Origin: Candidatus Eiseniibacteriota bacterium
GTDB taxonomy: Bacteria > Eisenbacteria > RBG-16-71-46 > JABDJR01
Direction of reading: 5' to 3'
Length of the DNA stretch: 64,000 bases
NCBI GenBank assembly: GCA_963783375.1
Contig: CAWANH010000029.1
Span: forward strand, 544,001 to 608,000
The translations under genes and the position numbers were made by a program. Below the pieces are notes generated by a model. That model ran no database searches. It saw nothing but the letters and a program-made list of their open reading frames with translations, and was not told the origin of the DNA. Positions 38,923-49,572 of the stretch are shown here, in pieces. Positions within the stretch are counted from its first letter, which is position 1. Each line of letters begins with the position of its first letter.

Positions 38923-40172
38923 CGCCCGGTTTCCGGGATCAGGACGCCCCGCTCGATCAGGAACTCCAGCGTCCGCGCCGACGCCCCGCGGAGCGCCCGG
39001 GCGGTTTCCCGCGCCGCCCCTGCCGCCCGCTCGCGCGCGGCGGGATCGCCCAGCCAGGTGTCCAGGGCCCGGGCCAGGGAGTTCGCGTCGGTTACCGTTC
39101 GCGCCCCCCCCGCGGCCAGGAGCGCCTCGGCGTCCTCGGCCACGTTGGCCAAGTACGGTCCGAAGAGCACCGGGGCTCCGCCCACCGCCGCCTCCAGCAC
39201 GTTGTGACCTCCCACCGGCACCAGGGTCCCGCCCACGAACGCCGCCGTCGAGGCCGCGTAGAGGCCGGGAAGCTCGCCGTGGGTGTCCACGATCAGCACC
39301 TCCGCCCGCTCGTCTGCGGCGGCGGGACGGCTCCGGCGCGCGGCGCGAAGGCCGCGGCGTTCCAGGTCGCGGTCGAGGGCGTTCCACGCATCGGGGTGGC
39401 GGAGGGCGAGAACCAGGCGGAGGTCCGGATGCGCGCCGCGGAGCGTTTCGAACGCGGCCAGGACCGCCCGTTCCTCCCCGGGACGAAGGCTTCCCACCGT
39501 CCACACCGCGGCGCCGGTCCACGGCAGGGAAGCCGGCGCGGCTTCGGCCAGTCGGTCATGTTTCAGGTTCCCGGTGACCCGGACCGCATCGCCCGGCGCC
39601 CCGAGGCCGATGAACCGATCGGCGTCGACGTCGCTCCGTGCGGCCACCGCACGAAGGCCGGCGAGAAGCGGACGGAACAACCCGGCCAGATGCCGGTAGC
39701 GCGGGAAGGCGCGGTCGGAGATGCGGCCGTTCACCACCGAGACCGCCGTGCCCCGCCTCCGGGCCTCGATGAGCCAGTTCGGCCAGAGCTCGGTCTCCAC
39801 CAGGACCAGGCTCCGGGGACGGCGGCGTGCGAACGCGCGTCCCATCGCGCGGGGAAGATCGAGGGGGGCCAGGCTCACCGCCTCGCCCCAGAGCGACTCC
39901 GCCGCCCGGCGCCCGGTCACGGTGGAGGTCGTGACCACGAATCGACCGGCGGCGCCATGCCGGTGGGCCAGGGTGAGAATCGGCTCCAGAGCGGCCACCT
40001 CGCCCAGGGAAGCGGCGTGCCACCACGTCTCCGCCTCGGGCCCGGCGATACGGGCCAGGCGCTCGGCATGGAGCGCGGCGCTCTCCTCGCGCGCACCGAT
40101 TCGAAGGGCCACGCCGGTGAGCGGCTCGGCCAGCGCGGTGAGCGCACGATAGGCGGCCAGGGTCCCGTTCAT
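38919..40172 (-). CDS. waaA: Kdo transferase
   Basis: WWHAASLGE, ETELWPN, NGRIS, TGNLK, GGTL..GGHNVLE; ATG 40172. Confidence 0.93.
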   Translation of the reverse strand: MNGTLAAYRALTALAEPLTGVALRIGAREESAALHAERLARIAGPEAETWWHAASLGEVAALEPILTLAHRHGAAGRFVVTTSTVTGRRAAESLWGEAVSLAPLDLPRAMGRAFARRRPRSLVLVETELWPNWLIEARRRGTAVSVVNGRISDRAFPRYRHLAGLFRPLLAGLRAVAARSDVDADRFIGLGAPGDAVRVTGNLKHDRLAEAAPASLPWTGAAVWTVGSLRPGEERAVLAAFETLRGAHPDLRLVLALRHPDAWNALDRDLERRGLRAARRSRPAAADERAEVLIVDTHGELPGLYAASTAAFVGGTLVPVGGHNVLEAAVGGAPVLFGPYLANVAEDAEALLAAGGARTVTDANSLARALDTWLGDPAARERAAGAARETARALRGASARTLEFLIERGVLIPETGR

Positions 40173-40879
40173 CGCCTCGCCTCCCGGTCCGCCTCGCCCT
40201 CCACCGCGTCCAGCGCGGCCTCCAGCCGCCGCCGCCAGGGCTCGAGGTCCCCACCGGCGGGAACGAGGAGGGGTTCGCCGTACACGATCACCCCGCGCGC
40301 CCCCGGCCGCGGGACCTGGAAGCGGTCCCAGGACCGAAAGGACCAGGCGGGGCGCGAAGCCGCCCCCACGGGGACGATCGGCCGTCCCGCCCGCGCGGCC
40401 AGGGCCACCGCTCCCATCGCCGCCCGATGGAGCGGCCCGCGGGGGCCGTCGGGGGTAAGTGCCACCGACCGGCCGCTCTCGAGCCACGCGGCCAGTTCGG
40501 CAAAGCTTTCCTTCCCTCCCCGGCTGGTGCTCCCCCGAACCGGTCGGAATCCCAGGGCCCGGGCGGCGCGGGCGATCACCTCGCCGTCCTCGGAGAGGCT
40601 CACCAGCACCGCGGCTCCGGTGTGGCCAAGCCGGGCGACGGGAAGCCACATGCGGCCGTGCCACACCGTGTAAATCACCGACTCATAACGGCTCAGGGCT
40701 TCTGTCTCACGTTCCTGATGAAGATAATGAACCCGGGTGAACTGGCCGCTCAGGCGGAGCGCGGCCGCTCCCATCCACGCGCCGAGGCTTCGCAACGGGC
40801 GGCGGAGAGGCCGGAAGTATCTCGAGCGTTTGCGCTCTCTCCCGCCGGACGCGCCTGGAGGCGCACCGGGGCCGTTCAC
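40169..40879 (-). CDS. DUF374 acyltransferase (LpxJ-like)
   Basis: WHGR, SLSEDGE, RGSTSRGG, TPDGPRGP, SWDRF; between lpxB and waaA. Confidence 0.85.
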   Translation of the reverse strand: MNGPGAPPGASGGRERKRSRYFRPLRRPLRSLGAWMGAAALRLSGQFTRVHYLHQERETEALSRYESVIYTVWHGRMWLPVARLGHTGAAVLVSLSEDGEVIARAARALGFRPVRGSTSRGGKESFAELAAWLESGRSVALTPDGPRGPLHRAAMGAVALAARAGRPIVPVGAASRPAWSFRSWDRFQVPRPGARGVIVYGEPLLVPAGGDLEPWRRRLEAALDAVEGEADREARR

Positions 40880-42000
40880 CGCCGCCCCCCGGTCAGAACT
40901 CCCGCCACCACCTCGGCGGCCCGCTCCGCCGCTCCCCCGCCCCCCAGGCGCTCCCGTAGCGGCGCCAGGTAGCGGGCCTGCTCGGCCCGCTCCGCGGGAT
41001 CGAAGAGGAGCCGCCGGGCCACCGCGGCCACCCCCTCGGGCTCCAGGTCCCCCTGGAGGAGTTCGGGGATCCTTGCCCCACCCGCGGCAATATTGACCAG
41101 TCCCACGGTGCGTAACTTCACCAGCGCCCGCGCCAGGTGCCAGTTCACCGTCCCGGTGCGGTAGACCACGCACAGGGGGGTGCCCTGAAGACCGGTTTCC
41201 AGGGTGGCGGTGCCGCTGGCCACCAGGGCGGCGTCGGCGGCCCGGGCCAGGGCCGGGCCGGCCCCCGGCCAGAGGGGAAACCCCGCCGCCTCGGCCGGCG
41301 CGTAGAGGGCCTCCGGGACCCCCGGAGCCCGACTCACCGCCACCCGCGCCTCGGAGAGCCCCTTCGTCCCCGCCACCAGGGGCGGGAGAATGTGGCGGAC
41401 CTCCTGGGCCCGGCTTCCGGGAAGGAGGGCCAGGAGCGGCGCGTCGGCCGCGATGCCCAGCCGCTCGCGGACCGCCTCACGTGTGGGGAGTTCGAGCTCC
41501 TCGTCGAGCAGAGGGTGCCCCACGAAGGTCGCATCGATCCCCGCCTCCCGGAACAGCGCCTCCTCGAAGGGAAAGACGACCAGGAGGTGGTCCACCGCGC
41601 GGGCGATTCCCGGCCGCCGCTCCCGCCGCCAGGCCCAGACCTGGGGGGCGATGTAGTAGACCACCGGCTTCCCGCGGGCGCGGGCGCGGCGAGCCAGGCG
41701 GAGGTTGAAACCGGGATAGTCCACCGGAAGGACCACGTGGGGGTCGAAGCGTTCGATCTCCTCGGTCGCCTCGTTCATGAGCCGCCGGAAGAAGGGAAGG
41801 CGGCGCGCCACCTCGGCGAAGCCGAGCACCGAGAGGTCCTCCACCCGGGCCAGGAGCCGCGCCCCCTCCGCGGCCAGACGCTCTCCCCCCAGGCCCACCA
41901 CCTCCACCTCGCCGACCCGCCTACGGAGCGCGCGGACCAGCGCGGCGGCATGCCGGTCCCCGGAGGTTTCCCCCGCGGAGACGAAAAGGCGCCAGGCCAT
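40876..42000 (-). CDS. lpxB: Lipid-A-disaccharide synthase
   Basis: AGETSGD, DYPGFN, PQVWAWR, FVGHPL, LPGSR, SGTATLE. Confidence 0.96.
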   Translation of the reverse strand: MAWRLFVSAGETSGDRHAAALVRALRRRVGEVEVVGLGGERLAAEGARLLARVEDLSVLGFAEVARRLPFFRRLMNEATEEIERFDPHVVLPVDYPGFNLRLARRARARGKPVVYYIAPQVWAWRRERRPGIARAVDHLLVVFPFEEALFREAGIDATFVGHPLLDEELELPTREAVRERLGIAADAPLLALLPGSRAQEVRHILPPLVAGTKGLSEARVAVSRAPGVPEALYAPAEAAGFPLWPGAGPALARAADAALVASGTATLETGLQGTPLCVVYRTGTVNWHLARALVKLRTVGLVNIAAGGARIPELLQGDLEPEGVAAVARRLLFDPAERAEQARYLAPLRERLGGGGAAERAAEVVAGVLTGGRR

Positions 42001-42998
42001 CAGCGCCCCCCGGACTGCCTCGCCACCGCCTCCTCGACCGCCACCATCGCCCGGAGCGTGGCCAGGGCCCGCTCCCCGGTCACTCCCTCGTTGGCCTCCC
42101 CGAAGACGGCGCGACGGAAGGCGTCGTGCTCGGCGCTCAGGGGATCCTCCCCTTCCGGCCCCTCCACCCGGTGATCGAGGACCTTGAGCATGTCCAGGGC
42201 GCCCCCCGAGCGGAGCACCTCACGGAGGAGTTCGTCCCGCTCCTCGCGCAGGCGGTAAACGTGGGTGGTGCGGGCGGCGCAATCGGCGGAGACATAGGTT
42301 CCGGGGAGGAACATGCGGAACTTGCGGACCCGTTCCAGGGAGACCCGGCTCGCGGTGAGGTTGGCGGTGGCCCCGCCCGGGAAGCGGAGCCGGGCGTTGG
42401 CGATGTCCACCCGGTCGGTGAGCACCGCCACCCCCGAGGCGTCCACCGACTCCGGCTCCTCCCCCACGAAGGCGATGGCCAGGTCCAGATCGTGAACCAT
42501 CAGGTCCTGGATCACGTCGAGATCGAGGTTCCGGGGAACCAGGGAGGCCAGACGATGACTCTCCACGAACAGTGGAGCCGGGATCCTTCCCAGGAGGCCG
42601 CGAATGGCCGGGTTGAATCGCTCCACGTGCCCCACGTGAAGAACGAGGTTCGCTTCCCGGGCCCGGGCCACCAGGAATTCCGCGTCCTCCACCCGTCCGG
42701 TCAAGGGCTTCTCCACCAGGACCGGACGGCCGGCGGCCAGCGCCGATTCCACCGCGGCGCGATGGGAGGACGTGCTGGTGGCGACCACCACCGCGTCAGC
42801 CCGCTCCAACGCATCGTCCATCGAGGCCGCGGCGAGCGTTCCCAGCTCCCCGGCCACCCGCGCCGCGCGCCCGGGGTCGCGGTCGTATACCGCGGTCAGC
42901 TCGAACCCCGGGGCGCCGGCCAGCTTCTCGGCGTGGCGCGCGCCCAGATAGCCCACGCCGAGGACCGCGATTCGGAGCCGGCGGGGCGGGGAGGTCAC
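42000..42998 (-). CDS. Gfo/Idh/MocA oxidoreductase, GnnA-like
   Basis: GVGYLG, VEKP, GHVERFNP, DLMVHDLD, ANARL; sits between lpxA and lpxB. Confidence 0.85.
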   Translation of the reverse strand: MTSPPRRLRIAVLGVGYLGARHAEKLAGAPGFELTAVYDRDPGRAARVAGELGTLAAASMDDALERADAVVVATSTSSHRAAVESALAAGRPVLVEKPLTGRVEDAEFLVARAREANLVLHVGHVERFNPAIRGLLGRIPAPLFVESHRLASLVPRNLDLDVIQDLMVHDLDLAIAFVGEEPESVDASGVAVLTDRVDIANARLRFPGGATANLTASRVSLERVRKFRMFLPGTYVSADCAARTTHVYRLREERDELLREVLRSGGALDMLKVLDHRVEGPEGEDPLSAEHDAFRRAVFGEANEGVTGERALATLRAMVAVEEAVARQSGGR

Positions 42999-43768
42999 CG
43001 GGTAACGCCCCGTTCGGAGGTCAGCATGAACTCGGTGAAGCGTTCCACCTCGGGGGTCGGAGGCACCTCCGCGCGGACCCGTTCGGCCGCCTCGCGCACC
43101 GTCAGCTTGCTCCGGAAAAAGAGTCGATAGGCCAGCTTCAACGCAGCCACCGTCTCCGGGGAGAACCCGCGGCGCAGGAGACCCACCGCGTTCAGGCCGA
43201 AGGCCTCGGCGGGGTTCCCCGCCACCTTGGTATAGGGAGCGACATCCTGGGGGATCCGGGAACCGCCCCCGATGAAGGAATGGGCCCCCACCCGCACGAA
43301 CTGGTGGACCGGGGTCACTCCGCCGATGATCGCGTGCTCGTCCACCCGGACGTGCCCGGCCAGGTTCACCGAGTTGGCGAGAATGACGTGGTCCCCGAGG
43401 ATGCAGTTGTGGGCGACGTGGGAGTAGGCCATGAGCAGACAGTCGGTTCCCACCACGGTGGCCTGGCCCTCGGCGGTGGCCGGGTTCAGGGTGGCGAATT
43501 CGCGGACCACGGTGCGATCGCCGATCCGAAGCCAGGTCTTCTCCCCCCGGAACTTGAGATCCTGGGGAGGCGTCCCCACCACGGCGTGGGGGAAAACCCG
43601 GCAATCGCGTCCGATCTCGGTATGGCCGTCCAGGTAGGCGTGGGCGCCCACCGTGGTCCCCCCCCCGATGCGCACGTTGGGCCCGATGATCGCGTAGGGC
43701 CCTACCTCCACATCGGCCGCCAGTTCCGCCTTGCGGTCCACCACCGCGGTGGCGGCGATCTCAGCCAT
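42995..43768 (-). CDS. lpxA: UDP-N-acetylglucosamine acyltransferase
   Basis: Hexapeptide repeats, PQDLKF, REF, HVAHNC, LAGHV, HQF. Confidence 0.96.
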   Translation of the reverse strand: MAEIAATAVVDRKAELAADVEVGPYAIIGPNVRIGGGTTVGAHAYLDGHTEIGRDCRVFPHAVVGTPPQDLKFRGEKTWLRIGDRTVVREFATLNPATAEGQATVVGTDCLLMAYSHVAHNCILGDHVILANSVNLAGHVRVDEHAIIGGVTPVHQFVRVGAHSFIGGGSRIPQDVAPYTKVAGNPAEAFGLNAVGLLRRGFSPETVAALKLAYRLFFRSKLTVREAAERVRAEVPPTPEVERFTEFMLTSERGVTR

Positions 43769-43804
43769 GATCCCCCCCTTGACCCGGATGGTCCATACCC
43801 CGGG

Positions 43805-45127
43805 TCAGCGATCCACGACGCTGGAGAGAAGCTCCGCTTCGGCGACGAGACTCCCATCCACGAACGCCTTACCCACCATCTTGCAGATCCTGCCCTTGAG
43901 CTTCAGCATCTCGAGTTCGAACCGCACCTGGTCCCCCGGCCGCACCGGGCGGCGGAACTTGGCCCCGTCGATGCCCATGAAATAGACGAGCTTGTCCTTG
44001 GGCCGTTCCACCTTGTTGAGGAGAAGGATTCCCCCGGTCTGGGCCATCGCCTCGATGATCAGCACCGCGGGCATGATGGGATGACCGGGAAAGTGCCCGC
44101 TGAAATAGGGTTCGTTGAGCGTGACGTTCTTGATCCCCACCACCCGCTCGTCGGTCAGCTCCAGAATACGGTCCACCAGGAGGAACGGATAGCGGTGGGG
44201 CATGATCTGGGTGATCGCCTCGATGTCCCAGAAGTGGTTCTTGCCGTCCGGACGGGGCGGGAGGTCGAACCCGGTGGCCCGACGCTCCGCCGCGGCCAGC
44301 GACTTCACGAACTCCACGTGGCTCTCGTGGCCCGATCTCCAGGCCATGACGTGCCCCCGCACCGGGAGGCCCAGCAGGCTCAGGTCGCCGAGCAGGTCCA
44401 GCACCTTGTGCCGGACGAACTCGTCCGGAAAACGCAATCCGTCCCGGTTGGCCACCCGGTCCTCCTCGACCACCACCGCGTTCTCCAGGGTGCCTCCGAG
44501 GATCATTCCCGCGGTCAGGAGCGAATCCACGTCGCGGCGCAGGACGAAGGTGCGGGCGGGAGCGATCTCCGTCTGGAAGACCTCCGGCACGACGTCGAAA
44601 GAGGCGTACTGGGTGCCGATGACCGGGTTGTCGTACTGGATGGTGAAGGAGACCCGGAGCCCGGGGTACGGGAGCCCAACCAGCTCCGCCCGCCCCTGGT
44701 TGAAGTGCACCGGGTGGGGAATCTCGAAGTACCGGCGTTCAACGTCCTGTTGTTCGATCCCCGCCTCGCGGAAGAGAGCCACGTAGGGGGCGGCGCTTCC
44801 GTCCCCCGGCTCCCCCGGCTCGCGGGCGCCGACCTCGATCCGCAGGTTGTCGATCCCCACCCCGCGCACCGCGGCCAGGAGATGCTCCACGGTGTGCACT
44901 TCGGCGGCGCCGTCACGCAGGATGGTGCGCCGGCCCTGCTCGGAATCGTAGACCGCGTTCTCCGGCGCAACCCTGACTTCGGGACGGCCGGGAAGGTCGG
45001 TCCGGATGAAGGTGATGCCGCTCCCGGGAGGAGCGGGCTTGAAGGTCACCCGGCAGTTCTCGCCGGTGTGGAGGCCGACCCCTTCGTAGGAGATCTCGCC
45101 GGCCAGCGTGGCCTGAAGATCCTTCAC
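43805..45127 (-). CDS. lpxC: Bifunctional LpxC deacetylase / FabZ dehydratase
   Basis: [33 protein letters not shown], then [22 protein letters not shown] in one ORF. Confidence 0.96.
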   Translation of the reverse strand: MKDLQATLAGEISYEGVGLHTGENCRVTFKPAPPGSGITFIRTDLPGRPEVRVAPENAVYDSEQGRRTILRDGAAEVHTVEHLLAAVRGVGIDNLRIEVGAREPGEPGDGSAAPYVALFREAGIEQQDVERRYFEIPHPVHFNQGRAELVGLPYPGLRVSFTIQYDNPVIGTQYASFDVVPEVFQTEIAPARTFVLRRDVDSLLTAGMILGGTLENAVVVEEDRVANRDGLRFPDEFVRHKVLDLLGDLSLLGLPVRGHVMAWRSGHESHVEFVKSLAAAERRATGFDLPPRPDGKNHFWDIEAITQIMPHRYPFLLVDRILELTDERVVGIKNVTLNEPYFSGHFPGHPIMPAVLIIEAMAQTGGILLLNKVERPKDKLVYFMGIDGAKFRRPVRPGDQVRFELEMLKLKGRICKMVGKAFVDGSLVAEAELLSSVVDR

Positions 45128-46215
45128 AGAACCTTCTCCCGGCGCTCCGGCCGTGGGTCCGCGGTCTGGCCCCGGTGGTGGCCGTTCCTCTCCTCCTCCA
45201 TCTCTCGGATCCGCTTCTCCATGTCCTTCAGCTGCTCGAAAAGCGCGGGGAGCTTGCGGGTGTAGGCGTTCAATCGACGCGCCCGGTCGTGCTCCATGGC
45301 CGGATATCCCGATACCCGGGCGTCGGCGGCGACGGACTTGGTCACCCCGGCCTGGGCCCCCACCATGGCCCGGTCCCCGATCGTGATATGCCCCGCCAAT
45401 CCCGCCTGCCCGGCCACGGTCACGTCCTTGCCCACCTGGGTGGACCCGGAAATCCCCACCTGCGCCACCAGGAGGGTGTTCTCGCCGATCACCACGTTGT
45501 GGGCGACATGAACCAGGTTGTCGATCTTGACCCCGCTACCGATCCGGGTCGCCCCCATGGTGGCGCGGTCCACCGCCACGTTGGCCCCGATCTCCACGTC
45601 GTCGCCGATCACCACCGAGCCCAGCTGGGGGATCTTCTCGTGGTGGTCGTTGTGGCGCACGTAGCCGAATCCGTCCGAGCCGAGCACGGTTCCACAGTGA
45701 ACGGTGACCCGCTTTCCCAGGATCACGTCTTCCCGCACGGTGACGTTGGGGTACAGGTAGGAGCCGTCGCCGAGGACCGAATCGCGACCCACGAACACTC
45801 CCGGGGCGAGAACCACCCCTTCCCCAAGCACCGCCCCCGCCTCGACCACGCACAGCGCCCCCACCGAGACCCCCGGCCCCAGCCGGGCGGTCGGATCCAC
45901 CACCGCGGTGGGATGCACGCCGGCCGGCCGTTCGCGAGAGCCCTCGCTGAACATGCGGAGCACCTGGATGAAGCCCACGTAGGGATCGTCGGCGCGGATC
46001 AGGGCGGCCGCGGAACCGCCGCCGTAATCCCGGGGGACGATGACCGCCGACGCCCGGGTTCCCGGGACCTCGGCCGCATACTTGGGGTTGGCGAGGAAGG
46101 TGATCTGGCCGGGACCGGCGTCGGTGATCCCCGAGACCCCGTTCACCGGGATCTCCGGGTTCCCCTCCAAATCCGCGCCCAGGCGCCGGGCGATGTCTCC
46201 CAAGCTGAACTGCAT
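45124..46215 (-). CDS. lpxD: UDP-3-O-acylglucosamine N-acyltransferase
   Basis: [42 protein letters not shown]. Confidence 0.96.
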   Translation of the reverse strand: MQFSLGDIARRLGADLEGNPEIPVNGVSGITDAGPGQITFLANPKYAAEVPGTRASAVIVPRDYGGGSAAALIRADDPYVGFIQVLRMFSEGSRERPAGVHPTAVVDPTARLGPGVSVGALCVVEAGAVLGEGVVLAPGVFVGRDSVLGDGSYLYPNVTVREDVILGKRVTVHCGTVLGSDGFGYVRHNDHHEKIPQLGSVVIGDDVEIGANVAVDRATMGATRIGSGVKIDNLVHVAHNVVIGENTLLVAQVGISGSTQVGKDVTVAGQAGLAGHITIGDRAMVGAQAGVTKSVAADARVSGYPAMEHDRARRLNAYTRKLPALFEQLKDMEKRIREMEEERNGHHRGQTADPRPERREKVL

Positions 46216-46289
46216 GTTCCGTCCTCGATCCCGGAAGAGGCCGATCTCCGGACCTCAGCGGGCTCCCGGTTCGCCGACCGCCGGGCGGG

Positions 46290-46880
46290 CTACCTGTTTT
46301 GCCCCTGCGGCGGCTGCGCCGGGGGTGTTTGCTGCTGGGGTGTCCCCTGATCCTCGTTCAGAACCGCCACCACCCGGTCGGTGAGATCGAAGGCGTCGTT
46401 GGCGTACACGATGTTGCCGTCGGTGGCGTCAAAGATGATCGAATAGCCTTCGCTCTGTCCGATGTTGGTCAGCACCTCGCGGATCTTGTCCACGATGGGC
46501 TGGGTGAGCTCCTGGTTTCGCTTGGCCACCTTTCCGGTGGGCCCCCAGATCTCCTGGGTGAACTGGTCGAGTTCGCTCCGCTTCTTCTGGATTTCTTCTT
46601 CCCGCTCCCGTCGCTTGGGCTCGCTCAGGATCAAGCTCTGGCTCTCATAGTCCTTCTGGAGCTGATCCAGCTCCTGCTTCTTCGTCTCCAGCTCCTTGTT
46701 CCACTGCTCGACCTGCTGATTGAACTGGGACTGGGCGTCCTTGGTCCCGTGAAACTCGGCGAAGATACGCTCGGAATCGATGAAGCCCAGCTTCAGGTCC
46801 GCCGCCCGCGCCGGAACGGCGGGAAATCCTAGCAAAAAGACAGCCAGAAAGATAGTTCCCTGGATCATGCGTCGCAACAC
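46290..46880 (-). CDS. skp: Periplasmic chaperone Skp/OmpH
   Basis: GAGGAGG RBS before GTG 46880; signal peptide, KLGFID, coiled coil, DLTDRV. Confidence 0.9.
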   Translation of the reverse strand: MLRRMIQGTIFLAVFLLGFPAVPARAADLKLGFIDSERIFAEFHGTKDAQSQFNQQVEQWNKELETKKQELDQLQKDYESQSLILSEPKRREREEEIQKKRSELDQFTQEIWGPTGKVAKRNQELTQPIVDKIREVLTNIGQSEGYSIIFDATDGNIVYANDAFDLTDRVVAVLNEDQGTPQQQTPPAQPPQGQNR

Positions 46881-46974
46881 GACTGGTCCTCCTCTGCGGG
46901 CGGGACTCGCCCTGCCCTCGCCGAATTTCCGATTTGGGTCGAGTCGGCGGATCCCCCTGGCCGGCAAATCCGGT

Positions 46975-49572
46975 TCAGAAGATCCGACCGAACTGAATGT
47001 GAGGCTGCCATCCCTTGCGGTCGTACCGCCCCGTGGATCGATTCAGCCGGTCGAAACCATAACCGTAGTCGAAGCCGATCAGGCCCAGGAGCGGCACCTC
47101 CATGCGGAGCCCGAGTCCCACGCTCTTGTGGATGTCGTCCCACCGGAAATCCTCCACCCGATTCCAGGTCCCGCCCCAATCGGTGAAGAGCAGGGCGTGG
47201 AGGGGATCGGCGATGGGAAACTGCCACTCGAGGGTGAAGGCGGCCATGTACCGTCCGCCCGGATAGTAGACCGGACTCGACGACACGGAGTAGCTGGTGT
47301 CCTGAGCCGTGGTCACGCTATCGACCTGAACGCTCCGGATGTAGCGGCTGACCAGGAACCGACGGCCGACGTTGTCCGAGGGTACGACCTCGAAATCATC
47401 GTAACCACGGAGGGCGTCAAAGGTGGTTCCTCCCAGGCGGAAGAGCTCGTTGGATTCCGGGGGGTAGCGCTTGTAGTGCCGCGGCACCGGGACCGCCACC
47501 GAGGTCCCCAGGCCCAGGCTCACCGAGTCCAGCACCGCGCCCTCGGGGATACCGGTCTCATAGGACCAGGCGTCGGGAAGGAACGGGTCGTTCCGGAAGG
47601 CGTCCCCCACCATTCCCAGCCGGACCCGGGGCATCAGGACCGCGTGCCACTTCCCCGCCTCGATCGTCTTCATGTAGTGGGCCAGGTCGAGCTCGTACTT
47701 CTGGTAGACCTGATCGCCCCCCAGCGGTCCACCCGCCATTTCCACCCGGAGCTTCTCGTTGGAGCCCACGGTGGGATAGAGGGGATCGTTGGTCGAGTTG
47801 CGGACCAGGCTGAGCGCCAGGTTCGAGGTCAGCGCGGTCTCCTGATCGAGCCGGAAGCCGGTGACGAAGAGGGAACTCGAAACACCGGTTCCGGTGCTGT
47901 CGCTGGAGGTGGAGATGCTCGTCTCGTCCACCACCGACTGGTTCTGGAGGCCGTAGGTGGCGAAGAGCTTCACGTATGGGATGGGAAGGGGACGGCCCAC
48001 CCGGATGGCCCCCCCCACCTGGCGGATCTCCAGGTTCAGATCGGGCCCCTGGTAGATCCGGTTGGTGCTGAACAGATCGATCCCGGTGGAGGTCGGCGTC
48101 CCCAGGAACCAGGGTTCGGTGAACGAGAGCTCGGCGTTGTTGCGCTGGCTGCCCCGTTCCATGCGGAGGTTCAGGCTCTGGCCGTTCCCGAACAGGTTGG
48201 TGTGGCCCAGCTCCATGAAACCGGTGAGCCCCACCGAGCTGGAGAAGCCGAAACCCGCCGACGCGGTGCCGACCTGTTTCTCCTCCACGTTCAGGGTGAG
48301 ATCGATGTCGTTGGACCCGGGCACCGGCTTGGAGTTCACCTCCACATTGCTGAAGTACCCGAGCTGCTGGAGCATCCGATTGCTGCGGACCAGGAGATTC
48401 CGTCGGAAGAGATCCCCCGGCCGGATGGCCAGCTCCCGCCGGATGACCTTCTCCTTGGTTCGGGTGTTTCCGCTGATGAGGATGTCGTGGACGTGGGAGG
48501 GTTTTCCCTCCGTCACCTGGAAGGTGACATCCACGGTGGAGTCCGCGGTCACGTAGTCCGGCTGGATGTTCAGATAGATGTAACCCCGGTCCGCGTAGGC
48601 CCCGATGGCCTCCTCCACCGTCCTGTCCACTTTCTCCTGGTTGAAGACCGCTCCCGGCTCCAGCTGGGTGAGCCCGTAGAGGGCCGGAGTCGGCACCGCC
48701 TGGTTCCCGGCCCACTTCACCCCACCCACGTAGTAACGCTGACCCTCCTCCACCTGGACCTCGACCACCACCCGGTCGTCTTTGGAGCCGGGGACGACGT
48801 CGTACTTGAGGACCTTGCCGTCCCTGAACCCCTGTTTGCCCATCTCCTCTTCGATGCGCTTCATGTCCTCGACCAGCACGTCGGGCTTCAGGACCCCGCC
48901 CTTCAGGAATCCGGTGGTCCCCTGTTTCATCGCTCCCTTGAGGTCGCCGGCGTCGAGCTGGTGGGCCCCGTCGAAGCGGATCTTCTCCACCCGCACCTTG
49001 GGGCCCTCGTCGATCTCCACCAGGAGGATGCGCCGGGACTCGGAGTCCCCGGCCAGGAACCGGGGGGTGATCTTGGCCCGGGTGTATCCCTTCTGCCGGT
49101 AGGCGTCGTGGATCCTCCGCTGGACCAGGGAGAGAAGCCGGTCATCGGCCATTCGTCCGGTCAGCTCGCCGGTGGCGGTGATGAGATCCTTCTTCTTGAT
49201 CTTCTTGTTGCCGGTGAATTCCACCGACCCCACCCGGGGATTCTCGGTGACGTGGACGGTGAGGGCGACGCCCCGCTCGCCCACCTCCCCGGTCACCTGG
49301 ATGTCGTTGAAGAAACCGAGGTCGTAGAGGTGGCGGATGCCCCGGCGCACCGCGTCCGCCGAGTACCGGGCTCCGGCGGGAAGGGCGAAGGCCCTAAGGA
49401 CCAGATCGGTGTCCACGGTCTCGTTGCCGACCACGCGCACCGAGGCCACGGTGTCGGGCGGCGCAGACGGCACCTGGGCCCGGGCTTTCCCGGGCCCAGA
49501 ACCAAGCAGGAAGAGAATCAGAAGGAGGAGAAACTCAGTCGGACGGCTCCCCCCCGGAAGCCGTCTATGCAC
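46975..49572 (-). CDS. bamA: Outer membrane assembly factor BamA
   Basis: Five POTRA-like repeats, GNTRTKEKVIRRE, NLFGNGQ, EPW, LRGY, C-terminal F. Confidence 0.95.
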   Translation of the reverse strand: MHRRLPGGSRPTEFLLLLILFLLGSGPGKARAQVPSAPPDTVASVRVVGNETVDTDLVLRAFALPAGARYSADAVRRGIRHLYDLGFFNDIQVTGEVGERGVALTVHVTENPRVGSVEFTGNKKIKKKDLITATGELTGRMADDRLLSLVQRRIHDAYRQKGYTRAKITPRFLAGDSESRRILLVEIDEGPKVRVEKIRFDGAHQLDAGDLKGAMKQGTTGFLKGGVLKPDVLVEDMKRIEEEMGKQGFRDGKVLKYDVVPGSKDDRVVVEVQVEEGQRYYVGGVKWAGNQAVPTPALYGLTQLEPGAVFNQEKVDRTVEEAIGAYADRGYIYLNIQPDYVTADSTVDVTFQVTEGKPSHVHDILISGNTRTKEKVIRRELAIRPGDLFRRNLLVRSNRMLQQLGYFSNVEVNSKPVPGSNDIDLTLNVEEKQVGTASAGFGFSSSVGLTGFMELGHTNLFGNGQSLNLRMERGSQRNNAELSFTEPWFLGTPTSTGIDLFSTNRIYQGPDLNLEIRQVGGAIRVGRPLPIPYVKLFATYGLQNQSVVDETSISTSSDSTGTGVSSSLFVTGFRLDQETALTSNLALSLVRNSTNDPLYPTVGSNEKLRVEMAGGPLGGDQVYQKYELDLAHYMKTIEAGKWHAVLMPRVRLGMVGDAFRNDPFLPDAWSYETGIPEGAVLDSVSLGLGTSVAVPVPRHYKRYPPESNELFRLGGTTFDALRGYDDFEVVPSDNVGRRFLVSRYIRSVQVDSVTTAQDTSYSVSSSPVYYPGGRYMAAFTLEWQFPIADPLHALLFTDWGGTWNRVEDFRWDDIHKSVGLGLRMEVPLLGLIGFDYGYGFDRLNRSTGRYDRKGWQPHIQFGRIF

